Part shown: positions 33,739 to 34,084 of the stretch, piece by piece
How positions within the stretch are numbered: position 1 is the first letter of the stretch
How the letters are laid out: each line of letters starts with the position of its first letter
NCBI RefSeq assembly: GCF_001194135.2
Contig: NC_069004.1
Location: 23,553,599-23,587,682 of the forward strand
Direction: 5' to 3'
Origin: Octopus bimaculoides
Taxonomy: Eukaryota
Length of the DNA: 34,084 nucleotides
Program-made: the position numbers and the translations under genes
The notes under the pieces: generated by a model
The model's database searches: none
What the model was told of the DNA's origin: nothing
The model's input: the letters and a program-made list of their open reading frames with translations, nothing else

Positions 33739-34007
33739 GATGAGGAATTATTTACATTATTTACATTTGACGGATATTTCTCCTCATCTTGTTTGTTGTT
33801 AACACAATGTTTCGGCTGATATACCCTCCAGCCTTCGTCAGGTGTCTTGGGGAAATTTCGAACCTGGGTTCTCATTCCTAGCGATGTTACTATTATTATT
33901 TATTATTATTATTACTATTATTAATCAGGTCGCTGCCATGAATCGAACTCGGAACCTTGGAGTTAGTAGCCCGCGCTCTTAACCACTACGCCATATGCCC
34001 GTGGGCA
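33739..34007 (-). mobile_element. SINE family H: tRNA-like head, (TAA)n linker, hammerhead-containing body
   Basis: Head gcccacgggcatatggcgtagtggttaagagcgcgggctactaactccaaggttccgagttcgattc (A-box TGGCGTAGTGG, B-box GAGTTCGATTC). Body collinear with 19690-19836. Confidence 0.88.
33801..33846 (-). ncRNA. Minimal type I hammerhead motif within SINE H
   Basis: gacac-CTGACGA-A-GGCTGG agggtata TCAGCC-GAA-ACAT-T-gtgtt. Confidence 0.65.
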
Positions 34008-34084
34008 ATTATGGGGTGAATTTTAAGGCTTATAAATCTATTATTTTTCTATCCTTCCTCAATACCGGTTCCCATATGCTATTC

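Noticed and set aside
1-34084. The many 60-370 aa ORFs in the track (IYIYIY, CVCVCV, THTHTH, poly-H/T/V/S, X-runs)
   Set aside because: They are translations of microsatellites, SINEs and N gaps, not genes.
1-34084. CRISPR arrays, rRNA or prokaryotic systems
   Set aside because: No regularly spaced repeat-spacer arrays, rRNA-like sequence or operon-like ORFs; the sequence is animal repeat-rich DNA.

Overview
Repeat-saturated animal genomic DNA from a draft scaffold with many N gaps. It is intronic or intergenic: no host protein-coding gene, rRNA, true tRNA gene or CRISPR array can be supported, and most ORFs in the track are microsatellite translations. The SINE families and extreme (TA)n/(CA)n/(CAT)n density look like an octopus/cephalopod genome (inference, not checked by search). 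The recognisable content is decayed transposable elements: three Tc1/mariner fragments (mariner, DD37D/maT-like, and a third type), two RTE-clade LINE ORF fragments plus RTE 3' tails, two R4/Dong-like RLE-endonuclease LINE fragments, a CR1/L2-like LINE 3' end, at least four tRNA-derived SINE families and a TTAA-flanked piggyBac-type MITE. The most interesting signal is a set of minimal type I hammerhead-ribozyme motifs with self-complementary stem III, the Penelope-like-element (PLE) type that works as a dimer. They belong to at least four unrelated repeat families. One family is a tRNA-headed SINE whose 3' body carries the hammerhead, and one copy of it shows a PLE-style inverted fold-back. 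This suggests a SINE mobilised by PLE machinery.
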